From NCBI GenBank assembly GCA_030264375.1, contig JASCQW010000139.1, positions 34,644,076 to 34,708,075 on the forward strand: a stretch of 64,000 nucleotides of DNA, given 5' to 3'. Made by a program: the position numbers and the translations under genes. The notes beneath the pieces were generated by a model that worked only from the letters and a program-made list of their open reading frames with translations, was not told where the DNA came from and ran no database searches. This stretch comes from Carcharhinus longimanus. Its lineage: Eukaryota. Shown here in pieces: positions 12,222 through 24,779 of the stretch (positions within the stretch are counted from its first letter, which is position 1; every line of letters starts with the position of its first letter).

Positions 12222-14414
12222 GTAAGTTGAGAATGATGGTTATAATGGGGAAGAGATTGTTACCGCCCAACATGGTGGGTGGAGGTGTCGATGGATACCT
12301 GCGCTTTGCAGGTATTCTCCAACCAATGACTTTTGCCTCAGTTGATATGGTGGGGGGAATCTGAGCAACTTGAACGTGTAGCTCAAAATGGGTATCACGG
12401 TTGCCTGCAGCATGAGCTTGGTTCTGGGGTAACCCTGGAGATGTGGTACACGTTGTGAGGTGAACATTATCAAATGCGCAGCAAAAGGCAGAGCCAGCAA
12501 TTATGGTACCTAATTAATAACAGCTTAACTTCAGATTTAATCACATTGTCTTTGCAAATTGGAAGCATATTCAGCATGTTTAATGCCAAACATCTGGACG
12601 CCAGGGAAGTTTTGGTAACACAGCTGGTTCTGGCTGAAGCTGAGAGAAAGTATAGTGCCAGTAACTGATCGACTGCAGGGATTTCTGCAGTGTTGAGATT
12701 TTGTGTATATTCTAGTTGGTGATTTGCGCTGATAAAGGTCAGCTGAGTGGTCTGTATTGCTGGGATGGTGACAGCAGTATTATGCCCTAAATGCAGAAGA
12801 TTTGCCTGTGAAGGGATGGAAATCTAGTTTTAACATTAGATTCACACATCCCAGTATCTGTGTCTCTGCTTTGTTTTCTTTTTGGTTGCTGAACTTCCTG
12901 ATTTTTTTTTCCATATGGATACTCCTGGGACATCTGAATCACAGCTGGGAAACATTTGGATGCAGATCCAGCTCTCTCTCATAGAGCGTTGTTTAGTAGT
13001 ACTCATGCAGAAAGTGGTCCAACTATATTTCAAGACTATTTATGTAGTTAATTGTTGAAATTTTCTGTAAATTAGCTGCTGCTTGACTCCACCCTTTATT
13101 AACTTGGCCACCTTTCTATCAAAATATTGGCGGAAGAAAATCAGAAGATAAGTAGCTTTTTCCTCACTTTTCTGGTGAGTTTTACTAGAAAGTCTGGCAT
13201 TTATTGCCCATCCCTATTTGGCTTTGAGGTAAAGATGGTGGCCTTTCTTGAACCGTTGCGGCCCACATGGTGAAAATGCTTTTACAAATGTTGTCGATCC
13301 CAGGATTTTGTCCTAAACAGTGTCAAACTTCTTGGTGTTGCTGAAGCTCTAAGCAAGCAGAAAGAATTTCATCGCTCCTCACTTTTCCCTCTTATAGAGG
13401 CTTTGGGAACACAAAACATGATCCACTGGCTGACAAAAAAGCAGCCACTTGATTGACACTCCAACCATTGGCTTAAATACAAACTTCCCTCCACCATCAG
13501 TAAAGCGTGGCTGCAGAGTGTACTTATCTGGTAGCCATGACATTAATGTGGCTTGTGTTTGATTTGTTTGGTTTTATTCAGTGATGCCCAGAGTGTAACA
13601 ATGCTGTCAGAAAATTATTTGCATCAGTTGATCAATTAAGGCAGGAAATGGTCAGTTGTTAATGGACTCAGCAAGACATACAAATTCTGACATGTTAAAC
13701 TCTTGCTTACCTTCTCCCCATATCCCAAAATCGCAACTGAGAGATGGGAGGTGTCGATCATGTATAATCTTAAAAAAAAAACTAAGTACTGAAGCAGATG
13801 CCAACTATATATGGAGGAAAGTCTGTTCGAATGGTTAGTACCACTGTTTTATTATAAGAGTGAGAGAATGAGTTCAGGGACGAGGAAGATTAATTATGTA
13901 GGAAGTTGGAGAAGGTGGGTCTTTTTTTTTTCTTTGAGAAAAGAAGGTTGAGAAGAGGTTCTGTAGAGGTACTCAAAACCATAAGGATCCTGAATAGAGT
14001 AGATGGAGGGGAAAACTTCCCATTGGTAGAAGGGCCCAGAGGCAGAGGGCATGGATTTTAGGTAATTGGCAACAAAAACAATGGGTGGGAAATCTTTCCA
14101 TGTGTGACAAGTTGGCACCTGGAATGTCTTGCCTGAGGGTGTAGAATCAATCGAGGCATCCAAGATTATAATTTGTAAAGGAAGAATGTGCAGGGTTATG
14201 AAGAGAAGGTAAGGGAAAAGCACTAAGCGAATTGCTCATTTCAGAGGGCTAGCACAGACATGATGGGCTGAATGGCTGCCCATTGTGCTGTAACAATTGG
14301 GATTCAATGAACGTTGCTTTTAAAATCTCATTGTGCACACTTTTTCAATGTACAGTCCCTTCACTATCTGGAAGAAGCTTGTGTGGTTACTTTCAAGTTG
14401 ATCTGCAGCTGTAC

Positions 14415-14538
14415 ATAAGAACATAAGAACATAAGAAATAGGAGCAGGAGTAGGCCATCTGGCCCTTCGAGCCTGCCCCGCCNNNNNNNNNNNNNNNNNN
14501 NNNNNNNNNNNNNNNNNNNNNNNNNNNNNNNNNNNNNN
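14415..14538 (-). mobile_element. Young CR1 LINE 3' end running into a gap
   Basis: (CATAAGAA)3 microsatellite followed by ATAGGAGCAGGAGTAGGCCATCTGGCCCTTCGAGCCTGCCCCGCC, near-identical to the copies at 19725 and 48787. Confidence 0.85.
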
Positions 14539-14861
14539 TGATATAGTGCTTATCTCTTATTGGTTCAGGTTTAGTTTACTTTTTATATAGCATGTGGTTG
14601 ATCTAATGCATCCTGAAGACTGGCTTCTATAATCATTACAATTAATGTTAATTGAAATATATTTTTGAAGATTTGTGTGGCCCATTCAGAGAAGATTTTT
14701 TTGTTTCTGCCCACATAATTGGGTAGACTCCATGTGCCTCCAATGGACATAACTAATTATTGAGGAACTTGATCAAAACCTTGCAGGTTTCAGTGATCTA
14801 GTCAAGAATAATCTTGTTCCCTCCTATCAGTAGGTCCTAATTGTAATACTTTTTGTTGTAG

Positions 14862-14967
14862 AGTCGATGCGGACTGCATCAGTCCAGATGTGAAAAACTC
14901 CATCCATGTTGGTGATAGGATCCTGGAAATCAATGGAACACCAATCAGGAACGTGCCTCTGGATGAG
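14862..14967 (+). CDS. LIMK1: LIMK1 exon 6 (PDZ)
   Basis: ttgtag|A GTC GAT ... GAT GAG|gtaagc; 106 nt; [35 protein letters not shown]. Confidence 0.96.
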
Positions 14968-17218
14968 GTAAGCACGCAATCAGTCAGTTACACTATCTTT
15001 CTCCTTCGTTATCCTAATTCACACTTACTCAGACTCCAGCCATTTAAACTGAATGTGAGACTATTAAATGAAACTGTCCATAATTAAATGCCTCTCTGAG
15101 GAAAAAAGGGAAGATGCTAGCTATAGAAATGGGTAAGGGACACTAGGAAAAGCCAACTTTAAATATTGGGGGAGAAACATAAGCCAGGAATTTTGTCCAC
15201 AAGCTGGGTTGGGTGAGCAGAGGTGGGAGAATTCCTGGCTCTGAGAACCTGACCTTTAAAAATGGATGCCCAGATGGTGGATTTTTGACTTACATTCTGG
15301 AGCTGGATTAGAAGATGGGACAGGCGATTCTGGAAGAACTGAGGAGACTGCCAGGTCTAGAAGAAGACTGGGCAGATCTCAGGATCCAGGCAAAGATGAT
15401 TCACCATATTGAATGAAACATTCATTCATAAAAACCCATTTACTGTATTTACATTTCTTCAGCTAAGTAAAGCCTCATAACAATAAGCATTTCATTCAAT
15501 TGCACAATCCATTAACCAACAAGAACTAGAATTCATGGTCCCATTTTGGTAGAGTCTAAACCATTTGTAGCTCTCAGTCAAGCTGTGAAATGGCAGACAC
15601 TCTACTGTGATAATGGACAGTTGTGAAATCAATCAGTAATAGAATCCCTTGGGCAAATGCCAATCAACTGTGCAATAGCAAGCTTTGTTAACATTGTAAA
15701 TCTTTTTTTCTGAGGATTTAAAGAGCGGAATGTTTAAGTGACTGAGGATATAAGAGCAGGAGTAAGTCACTGAGCCTGCTGTGCCATTCAGTATGATCAT
15801 GGCTGCTCATCTATCTCAATTTCTTTTTTCCACAATACCCACCCGTCCCATATCCCATTTGTCATTGGCATTTAGAAATCTGTCAATCTCTACATGGTGA
15901 CTGAGCTTCCACAGCACGCTCGGATAGAGAATTCCAAAGATTTACAACTGTTTGAATAAAAGGTTTCTCGCCTTAATTCCAATTGGCTTCCACCTTATTT
16001 TGAAATTGTTCCTAGACTCCCCAACCAGAGGAAACGTCTTGTATCTGTCCTGTGTATCCCTTCTTAAATATTTTATAGATTTCAATGAGATCACCTTTTA
16101 CTCTTTGAAACTCTAGAGAACTCTTACTGTGCCTTTTGACATGCTCTTGACATGTGCAATGAGCTCAACAGTAATGAATTAATTCACTTTATTAGCACAT
16201 TTATGCCTACATTTACCTAGCTCAAAGGACACCTGTCCTCCCTCAAAAATATCCTTGGCCCACTTCCAAGGGGGTACCTGACCATCCAAATTATCCACCA
16301 GAGTTTAGACCTGTCCTTACCAGGTCTAATCTGCAACCTTTGGGCTTCACACTCCAAGTCTACTCAGATCCCATTTTAGTGGAGGCAGCCAATGATTTTA
16401 AATGGCGGAACTTCCCCTGACTCCATTCACACTTCTGTGAAAATGGGAATTGCTGTGTTCAAAAGAGGGTCTCCATCATGAAGCAAATGTGGTCATAGAT
16501 TTTAGTTGAGTATCAGATCCATTTTGTGGGGATGTAGAAACCAATAATGTCAGACATACAAAGTGGACCAAGCAAGTCCATCAGCTACAATTGGTGGCAA
16601 CAGATTGGTGATTCCAACTACATATATAGAAGGGATGGAAGTGGAGTGCCAGTTTTATATAGCCATGAATCTGAATACCAGCATTAGAATAGGATGAGAA
16701 CAGAGTTGGATTGCTTTCTATCTCAATGGGAAATGTTGGGTGTATTGCAGCAGGAATGGGTGATATGAGCTGTATACTGATTCTTGGGTAAGGGTACAAT
16801 TCAGAGATGCCAACAACATGTATGAAGTGGTAGAAGTCAATTAGAAATGATGGAGTCATGGGGAGGCAATGATTCATTTAATGTTGAAGGAAGAATGGAA
16901 AACTAACCATTATATAGCGTGGAGGAATAGCAGGATAAAACAGTTAAGATTATAGTGAGAGAGATATTTGGGAGGGATCACCAAGTGGGCGAAGCGGTAT
17001 AAGCTAATCCTACATAGTTGGGAAAGGAAGGTGTGGACAGAACAAAATGTCACCAATTTGTACGTACAGCAGTGAAGAGAGTAATACTGGCAAATACAGC
17101 TGGAGAGTGGTGTGATAAGTTGTAAAGTGATCCTGACATCCCTCTTCACGACATCTTGTCTTGTGAGAAGTTTTGCTGCATTTGAATCCTGAACTGTTTT
17201 GATGTTTGACCTCCTCAG

Positions 17219-17387
17219 ATTNNNNNNNNNNCAGTCGCTTACTTCAGTTAACTATTGAGCATGATCCACATGATGCATTGCTGGACGACCAAGTGGAGAC
17301 CATCAGCCCTATGTCAGACATCTTCAGCCCACAGAGAACAACTGCCCCAAATGGAGATGGTAGCACAATCAAAAAACGTCCCATCAA
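17219..17387 (+). CDS. LIMK1: LIMK1 exon 7 (PDZ end, linker), interrupted by a 10-N gap
   Basis: cctcag|ATT [N10] C AGT CGC TTA ... ATC AA|gtaaga; I...SRLLQLTIEHDPHDALLDDQVETISPMSDIFSPQRTTAPNGDGSTIKKRPI. Confidence 0.92.
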
Positions 17388-17691
17388 GTAAGATATGTTC
17401 TTGTTTGTACTCAACGTCCACTTGATTTCTTAACCTGCACCATCCTTTAATATGATTTTTAAAGCCGCACAAACGTAGCACTGAGGAGTTAATTTAGCCT
17501 GTCGTACCTGTGCTGGCTCTTTGAATAATGCACACTCTTTTACAAGATTTCATTCTTGCTATTACAATGAAATTAAATCCTTTTTAAGTTCTCAATCTTA
17601 GCAGTGGAAAAGCATCAGGTGAAAGATGGACATTTCTCCGTAAGGTTGGAGAGATAAAATGAGTGCGTTAATTATCCTATTTTGTGATTTA

Positions 17692-17820
17692 TAGCAAATT
17701 ACTGCAGATGCTAGAATCTGAAACAAAAACTGAAAATGTTGGAAAATCTCAACAGATCTGACAGCATCTGTAAAGAGAGAATAGAGCCAACATCTGGATG
17801 ACCTTTTGTCAAAGCCGAAG
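17692..17820. mobile_element. Penelope-like terminal-repeat relic
   Basis: GCAAATTACTGCAGATGCTAGAATCTGAAACAAAAACTGAAAATGTTGGAAAATCTCAAC; a related, partly palindromic relic lies at about 61660-61820. Confidence 0.5.
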
Positions 17821-19541
17821 ACTTTAGTAGTGTTGACTGAGTGAAATTAAAATGCTTAACATTCCAATTTGACTAAAACCTCCTAGCATGATCCTGGGAA
17901 TTATCAGTATTTTTTATCATGGCATTAATAATGGTAAATTGGTAGATATAATTACAAAAACAGGAATTTTGTTTTTGAATGAGTTGTTGGATAGAGTCTC
18001 CAACTCTGATAGTTAGGACGGATGGTAAAGATCCAGTGGCTACATTTGCAAAGGAACTGGATATTACACAGAGGAACAGATACAGTGAGAACACAGTGTC
18101 AAAATTTGTATGTCTCAATTAAATGTCTTCTCTGTACTGGAGAACAGAATCAGTTCTCAGCTAAAACTCTACATTCCCCTTTGTATCTTTCCTTGTGTGA
18201 TCACATTCTTTCTGTAATTTGGCGACCAGATCTGTGTGTAGTACTACAGCCATGGTCTAATTAGAGATTTTTATACACAGTTCCAGCATAACCTCCTGCT
18301 TTTATATTCTGTGCCTTGGCTGGTAAGGGGCACCACCTTCAGGGATCTGTGGGCATCGTGTTCCTTTGTATCCTACTATTTGTTGTGTACTTCGTTGACT
18401 TGTTTGCCTTTCCTAACTATTATTTTGTACCTTTTGGATTGAAATCTATTTGTGCTTCCTAACTGACAATTCATACTCTCTATCGGAGATGTTCTAATAA
18501 TTTGCCCCACACTGAGGTTAGGCCAACTGCTTTATTGTTACTCTGTCTATCCCTTTTCAAACAATGATACAATATTCACAAAGCTTGGGAACCATGCCTG
18601 TTACCAGAAAGGTCAGAGAATGATGGTCAAGTCATCACTACTTCACTCCTTATTCCTATTAGCAGCGTGGGATGCATTTCATCTGAGCCAGCCTATTTAT
18701 CCATTTTCAAAGATGCTAAATCCTATAACATGCTCTCTCAATGTTTATCCCATCTATTACTTCATACTCCTTAATTACAATATCTGCATTTGTCACCTTC
18801 CTTTGCAAAATATTCCTTGATAACTATGCACCATCTTCTACCTTTACACACATTTGTTACCTTTTTGGTGTCCAGTAGGCTCTACTTTTTCTGGTTAGCT
18901 CCTTGCTCATTATGCAATCATAAAGCATCTTTCAGTTTTTTTCTTTATGTCCTCTCATTCCTCAAATTTTCTTTTTTAATTTCACCCCTACACTCCCTAT
19001 GTTCCTGTCTTCTTATTGCATTATTGACCAGGTGTCTGACAGCAAAACTTCCCCTTTTTATTCCTTTCTGAGACTATGCCCTTTGACATCCAGAGGGTGG
19101 TCTAGGTTTGGGCATACAACGCTTTTTCTTTGCTGGAACATTTATTTGCCCTAAGCACCCTCTCACACTCCCTTAAAACCCGTCCTCTTCTCTTGACATC
19201 GATTTCGGTTTGGGTAGCTACTTCTACTCCACTTATTCAATCGCATCAGTAAAATTGACTTTCGTCAGTTTCCTGGTTTGTCTAGGTCCTTTTCCATAAC
19301 CACATTAAATATAACTGAATTATGATCACTGCAATAAAAATCTGGTGCTACTGGTGTCCCTTCTACCTGCCTAGCTTAATTTTCAAAAACTAAGACCAGA
19401 ACTGCCCACAACCTATCATCTTAAAATGTATTTGAGAGATACTTTCTTCAAAGAATTCTAAAGCCTCTATAGCTTTTTATCCCAGTTAATAGTGCGGAAT
19501 TTTAATATTACTGCCCAATTCGTTTTGGACTCTCAGCAATT

Positions 19542-19795
19542 GACTCTCAGCAGGCGACAGTGCAGAGGGACCTCGGGGTCCTTGTGCATGAGTCGCAAAA
19601 ACCCAGCCTGCAGGTGCAGCAGGTNNNNNNNNNNNNNNNNNNNNNNNNNNNNNNNNNNNNNNNNNNNNNNNNNNNNNNNNNNNNNNNNNNNNNNNNNNNN
19701 NNNNNNNNNNNNNNNNNNNNNNNNATGATCTTATTGAATGGCGGGGCAGGCTCGAGGGGCTAGATGGCCTACTCCTGCTCCTATTTCTTATGTTC
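19542..19795 (+). mobile_element. Young 5'-truncated CR1 insertion with a CAATT target-site duplication, inside an older minus-strand CR1
   Basis: Peptide TVQRDLGVLVHESQKPSLQVQQ, then a gap, then tail ...CCTACTCCTGCTCCTATTTCTTATGTT. CAATT occurs at 19537-19541 and 19795-19799. Confidence 0.85.
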
Positions 19796-20030
19796 AATTT
19801 GCCTTCATATTTGCTCTTTCCCTCTCTCTGACCTGCTCTTTTGTCTTTGCTTCAAACAAGTATGTGTAACTCCCATGTGTTTGTGTTACTTTGTCACTGT
19901 TGGCTTAAGCCTTCTGTTTGCTCAATAATTAATGTTATTTTAATGTTAGCACAGACTGGAAACTCAGAGTCTGATTTATTGGGCCATTCTGTATCGGTTA
20001 TTGTAACAGCCACACTCTATCCATCTCCAG

Positions 20031-20205
20031 GAGAAGCTGTAGCATTGACAAATCACCAAGCACTGGATCACCTGCCTCCCAAAAGAAAGATTTGGGCCGC
20101 TCTGAATCTCTGCGGATTGCCTCTAAAATGCATCGAATCTTCCGCCCTTCTGACCTGATCCATGGGGAAGTGTTGGGAAAGGGCTATTTTGGACAAGCCA
20201 TAAAG
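20031..20205 (+). CDS. LIMK1: LIMK1 exon 8 (Ser/Pro-rich region, kinase Gly-rich loop)
   Basis: ctccag|G AGA AGC TGT ... ATA AAG|gtatgc; 175 nt; [58 protein letters not shown]. Confidence 0.96.
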
Positions 20206-20899
20206 GTATGCTTTTCCTAAGTCATGTTTCTTTGAGGTGAATTTTTCTGAAGACAACTTACTAATCCTGCTGCTGTCAGCATCAGTTGCATGTTGAGTCC
20301 AAGAGAGTATTATCCATCAAGGAGCTATGTGGGAAAGGGTTGATGACAGCATAAACCTCTGACTCAGTGTGATTTATTTTTCATTATCCACTTGATTACT
20401 GAAGAATATTATAACCAGTCTCTCTGCCTTTAATTTTTCTCTGTTCTGGTCCCTTTACTAAAGGAGGGATGCATTTGCATTGGAAGCAGTTCAGAGAAGA
20501 TTCACATGGTTGATCCCTAGAATGAAGGGTTTGGTCATGAAGAAAGGTTGTGTCTTTGGATTTGAGGAATAAAAGATGATCTTTTGGCAGGGGCGAGGGG
20601 AGGTCTCCCATTTTAAGATTGAGAAGAGGAGAGCTGGACGGTGGTTAGTCTTTGGGGTGCTCCTCCCCATGGTTGAGGCTGTTTCAATGAATATGTTCGA
20701 AACAGTTGAGTGCTATTAGAATAGGCAGGGCAGTGTCGTTGAGGCCAATCCGATCAGCCACAATCTTGTTAAATGGCAGAGCAGCTAACCGGGGCAAATG
20801 GCCCACTGCTTCTAATTGTATTTATCTAATAGCATGGTATATCCTCTGGGATGGAGATGGCCAGAAATGTTGGTAGATAGGACATGGACAATATTCTGG

Positions 20900-21050
20900 T
20901 CCATTTGGCTCAATGGCTTCTGAATCAGAAAGTTATGGGTTCAGGCTCATTCCAGAGACTGGAGAATATAGACCAGGCTGGTGCTCCAGTGCACGCTGGG
21001 GAATGTGGGCCCGGCTGGTGCTCCAGTGCACACTGGGGAATGTGGGCCAC
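20900..21050 (+). mobile_element. DeuSINE (SacSINE1-like) head fragment with a 37-bp tandem duplication
   Basis: GGCTCAATG...TCTGAATCAGAAAGTTATGGGTTCAGG...TCCAGAGACT; GGCTGGTGCTCCAGTGCACRCTGGGGAATGTGGGCC twice at 20976-21049. Confidence 0.6.
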
Positions 21051-21509
21051 ACAACGTTTTAATTTCTAGGGGACTGTAAAGCAGGATCAAGAATCCCACA
21101 TGGTTTGTTGCCTACCCAGTGCGAGGGTCTGGGACATCTTGAATTGGCTTTTTTGGAGGGGGGGAGGGGGGTATCCATATTGGAAACAGTAACATAGGGA
21201 AAGGGCTAAGCTAAACTTTATAACCCAGTTTGCCTGTGTTTTTTAAATCTCTGGATTATTAGTCAGGCCATGTGGAAATTGGTGTAGAAAGAAGGAGATT
21301 AGGCTGGTGACCATGAAGTTGAAGGAGTGGTGTGGGAAAAAGTGGTTTCCTTTCCTATGACACTGGACAGGAGGGAGCTACGCATCTGGGATAGATTTCA
21401 CCTACACGGTAAATGGTTTCAGTGGAAAGAAAAAATAGGATGGTCAGAAGGGCTTTGAACAACTAAATGGGGGAAATGCTCATGTACAAACGTTAGTATA
21501 ATCATCCAG

Positions 21510-22685
21510 TCATTGAATAGTTAACACACAGAGGACGATTCTGCCCATAGACTGTGCTGGTCCCCTCTCTGAAAGATCATTTCACCTAATGCGTCTCACC
21601 CACTTTTACCAGTAGCCCAGCAATTGTTTTCAGTAATAATCCAGTTCCCTTTTGGAATGCCTCAGTGACTGTGTTTCTATAACACCTGCAGACAGCATAT
21701 TCCAGATCCTAACCACTCACTACATGAGAAAGTTCTCTTTGTGTCACTATTGCTTCTTTCACCATTACCTTGAATCTCTGTCCCTTGGTGCTTGATCTTT
21801 TCACCAATTGGATCTACTCTATCCAGACACCTCGATTTTTGAATACAGAAAAGTGCACTGCCCAGAACTGGCCACAATACACCAGATGAGGCTGAGCTGG
21901 TGTTTTATACAGATTTAATGTCTATCCCTTGCCTCTACTGATAAAGCCTCGGATAGCATATGCTTCATTAACCGCATTGTCAACCTGTCCTGCCTCCCTC
22001 AATGGTATATGCCCATATACCTAGGTGTCCCTGCTCTGCATCCCCTTTCTAATTGTATGCTTTGTTTTATATAGTCTATCTATTTTCTTACCAAAATAAA
22101 TCACTTCACACTTTTCTGCATTAAATATTATTTGCCACTTCCACTAACCTGTCTATGTCCCTTTGAAGTTCTACACTAACCTACTTTATGGTTCCATGTG
22201 TTCATATCCAAGTTTTGTATCATTTGCAAATGTTGCCATAGTACTATATACACTAGTACTATACCTAGGCCATCTATATATTTCAGGAGGAGCAGAGGTC
22301 CCCACACTGAACCCTGGAGAACTTCACTACAAACCTTTCTCCAGTCAGAAGAACACCCGTTCACTACTACTGTTTTCTGTCACTCAGCCAATTTTATATC
22401 CACGTTGCTACTGTCCCTTTTATTCCAGTGTGCTTACGAGCCTGCTGTGTGGCAGCTTATCAAATGGTTTTAGAAGTGCATGTACACACCAGTGATATTT
22501 CTCTCATCAAAAGAATCTCAAGCAATTTCCTTGAGTATGGTATGCTTGCTGGTTTTTATTAATGAACCCAGATTTGCCCAAGTGTCTACTAATTTTGTCC
22601 CAAATTATAGTTAATCAAAGCTTTCCTACCCCTGAGATTAAACTGATTGGGCTTACTTTTATACCCTTACTTGAGCAGCTTGCAT
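21510..22685 (-). mobile_element. Decayed CR1 LINE (RT region to 3' end)
   Basis: Minus-strand peptide NGCSSDWRKVCSEVLQGSVWGPLL is a degenerate CR1 RT GVPQGSVLGP motif. Confidence 0.8.
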
Positions 22686-23034
22686 GCAAATAACCAAAAG
22701 GGAAGAAAGTAGAGTAACAGTCAGAAATTGTGCTTTGTGCTGTACAGGTAAAGGGAAAACTAAGATGCAAGTAAATTGAGAGAGAATGAAGAGACGTGTA
22801 GAAGGACAATATGGGGCATGTGACTCAATTATTCTTTATATAATTTACAGAGTAGAAGGAACAGATTTAAATTGGAGGAATTGCTTTTACTGATGTATAG
22901 GTTGAAATTTTCAGCATGGTGAGTGCTTGGTAATCATTTCTTCGACTCCCAGCCTGTCCGCTGTCATTTCACACTCAATTTGACTCTGATTAGCAGCAGG
23001 CAGGATTTCCATCCGCTCTTGGACTAAAAACAGC

Positions 23035-23730
23035 TGGTGTACGAGTAGAGCAAATAATTAGAAAAGCTAATAGTGTTATCATTTATTTTTAGGAGAATTT
23101 ATTTCAAAGGTAGAGAGATTATGGTTCAGTTTTACAGGGTATTGGTTGTAACAACATTTGGAGCATTGGTCTCCTTGTTTAGGGAATGGTCTAAATGCAT
23201 TAGAAGCAGTTCAAGGATGCTTTATTTATACCAGGAATGGGCAGATTGTCCTGAGGAAAGGTTGGTTATGTACGTGCAAATTAGAAGAGTAAGCGCCAAC
23301 TTTGAAGCATGCAAGATCCTGAGGGGTCTTGACNNNNNNNNNNNNNNNNNNNNNNNNNNNNNNNNNNNNNNNNNNNNNNNNNNNNNNNNNNNNNNNNNNN
23401 NNNNNNNNNNNNNNNNNNNNNNNNNNNNNNNNNGTTTCCGCTTGTGAGAGAATCTAGAACTCGGAGTTATAAAAATAAAGCGTCACCCATTTAAGAGGGA
23501 GATGAGAACTTATTTTTGAGGGTGGTGAGTTTTTGAACTCTCCTCAAAAGACAGTGGAAGCAGAATCTTTGAATGTTGTTCAGGCAGAGCGAGAGAGATT
23601 TTTGATTAATGAGAGGATGAAAGGTTACTGGGATAGGTGAGAATGGGGGTTGAAGTTACAATCAGATCAGCCTGGTCTTACTGAATGGCGGCGGACCAGG
23701 CTCGGGGCCAAGACTCCTCCTCCTAATTCA
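23035..23730 (+). mobile_element. Decayed CR1 LINE 3' part
   Basis: KANSVLSFIFRRIYFKGREIMVQFYRVLV-type peptide and a CR1-like tail. Confidence 0.75.
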
Positions 23731-24059
23731 GATGTTCGAATTTCCTGCCTTGGAGAGTTGTCAGCCATTCAGATTGGCCAGTAGCTTTCTGACCCAATCT
23801 GGCAAAGTGCTGCAATAGCTGACAGAGATACCCCAGTGCCGTGCCTGAAACAAAGTCCCGGGATTGCAGTCGAGGCCTTCCCCTTCCGCCCAAGATAGAG
23901 GATGAGAATTTTGTCTGTTTCCCACTTTCAGCCTGCAGACCTAAGAATTCAGGCTTGGTGGGAAAATTGGGGTGTGGGGAGGGGTTAGGGGGAGTGTAAG
24001 ACTCTGGCCACGGAGTCACCATTAACTGGAGCATTCTTCACGGCAATCTACGAATCAGA

Positions 24060-24215
24060 ATTCACCTGCCAACCAACCAGTACTCTCTTGTACAGTATAT
24101 AGTTTTTGCTTCCTCTGACATTGATATTTTTGCCATTGGCCTGATGAGTGGAAGAGGAAATGCTTCCACAAAATGTCTTTTTTCAGCAACACTCAAGCTC
24201 TGTACTACCAAAGAC
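24060..24215 (+). mobile_element. Penelope-like terminal-repeat relic with a minimal hammerhead-like motif
   Basis: TTGGC-CTGATGA-GTGGAAGAG-GAAA-TGCT-TC-CACAA at 24136-24171. Confidence 0.55.
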
Positions 24216-24779
24216 AAAGGTGAGAATTTCATACAGATTTCCTGGTAGCAGCTGTGAATGGTAGATTTAATAAATGCAGATGTGAAACAGCCATATAGTA
24301 GATTGTGATGAACAGAGTAATGCATGGTAGAAAAGTATTGAATATCTTGACTGTCCAGAGTTGATTTCTGGAACGCTGTCATCTAAACAAGTGGACAATT
24401 TCATATTAGATTGAGTCAGGTTTAGTAAACAGACTGATACTGTGTGAACATTTATTTAAAAGTATTTGAAAGGGAGAAATGTGTGAAACAGTTAAGAGAT
24501 TTTTGATTTGGGTAAAGTTCACTTCAGAGCATGTCTGCAGTAAACCGGGTAAAATAACAAACCAATGGGTGGTGTTCAAAAAGGAATTTAATTTGACACA
24601 GAACCAGTTTGTAATCCCTTAAAAGGCAAAAGAAACAACCATCTAAAGTTGTAATAGACATCATAAAACTAAGAAAAATGCACAGATGCTGGCGTGTAAG
24701 AAAGATGTAAAACAGACAGGACATCTAGAGGAAGGAAGTATGAAAACAAAGTTGCAAGGAATATCCAATTCAAAACAAA

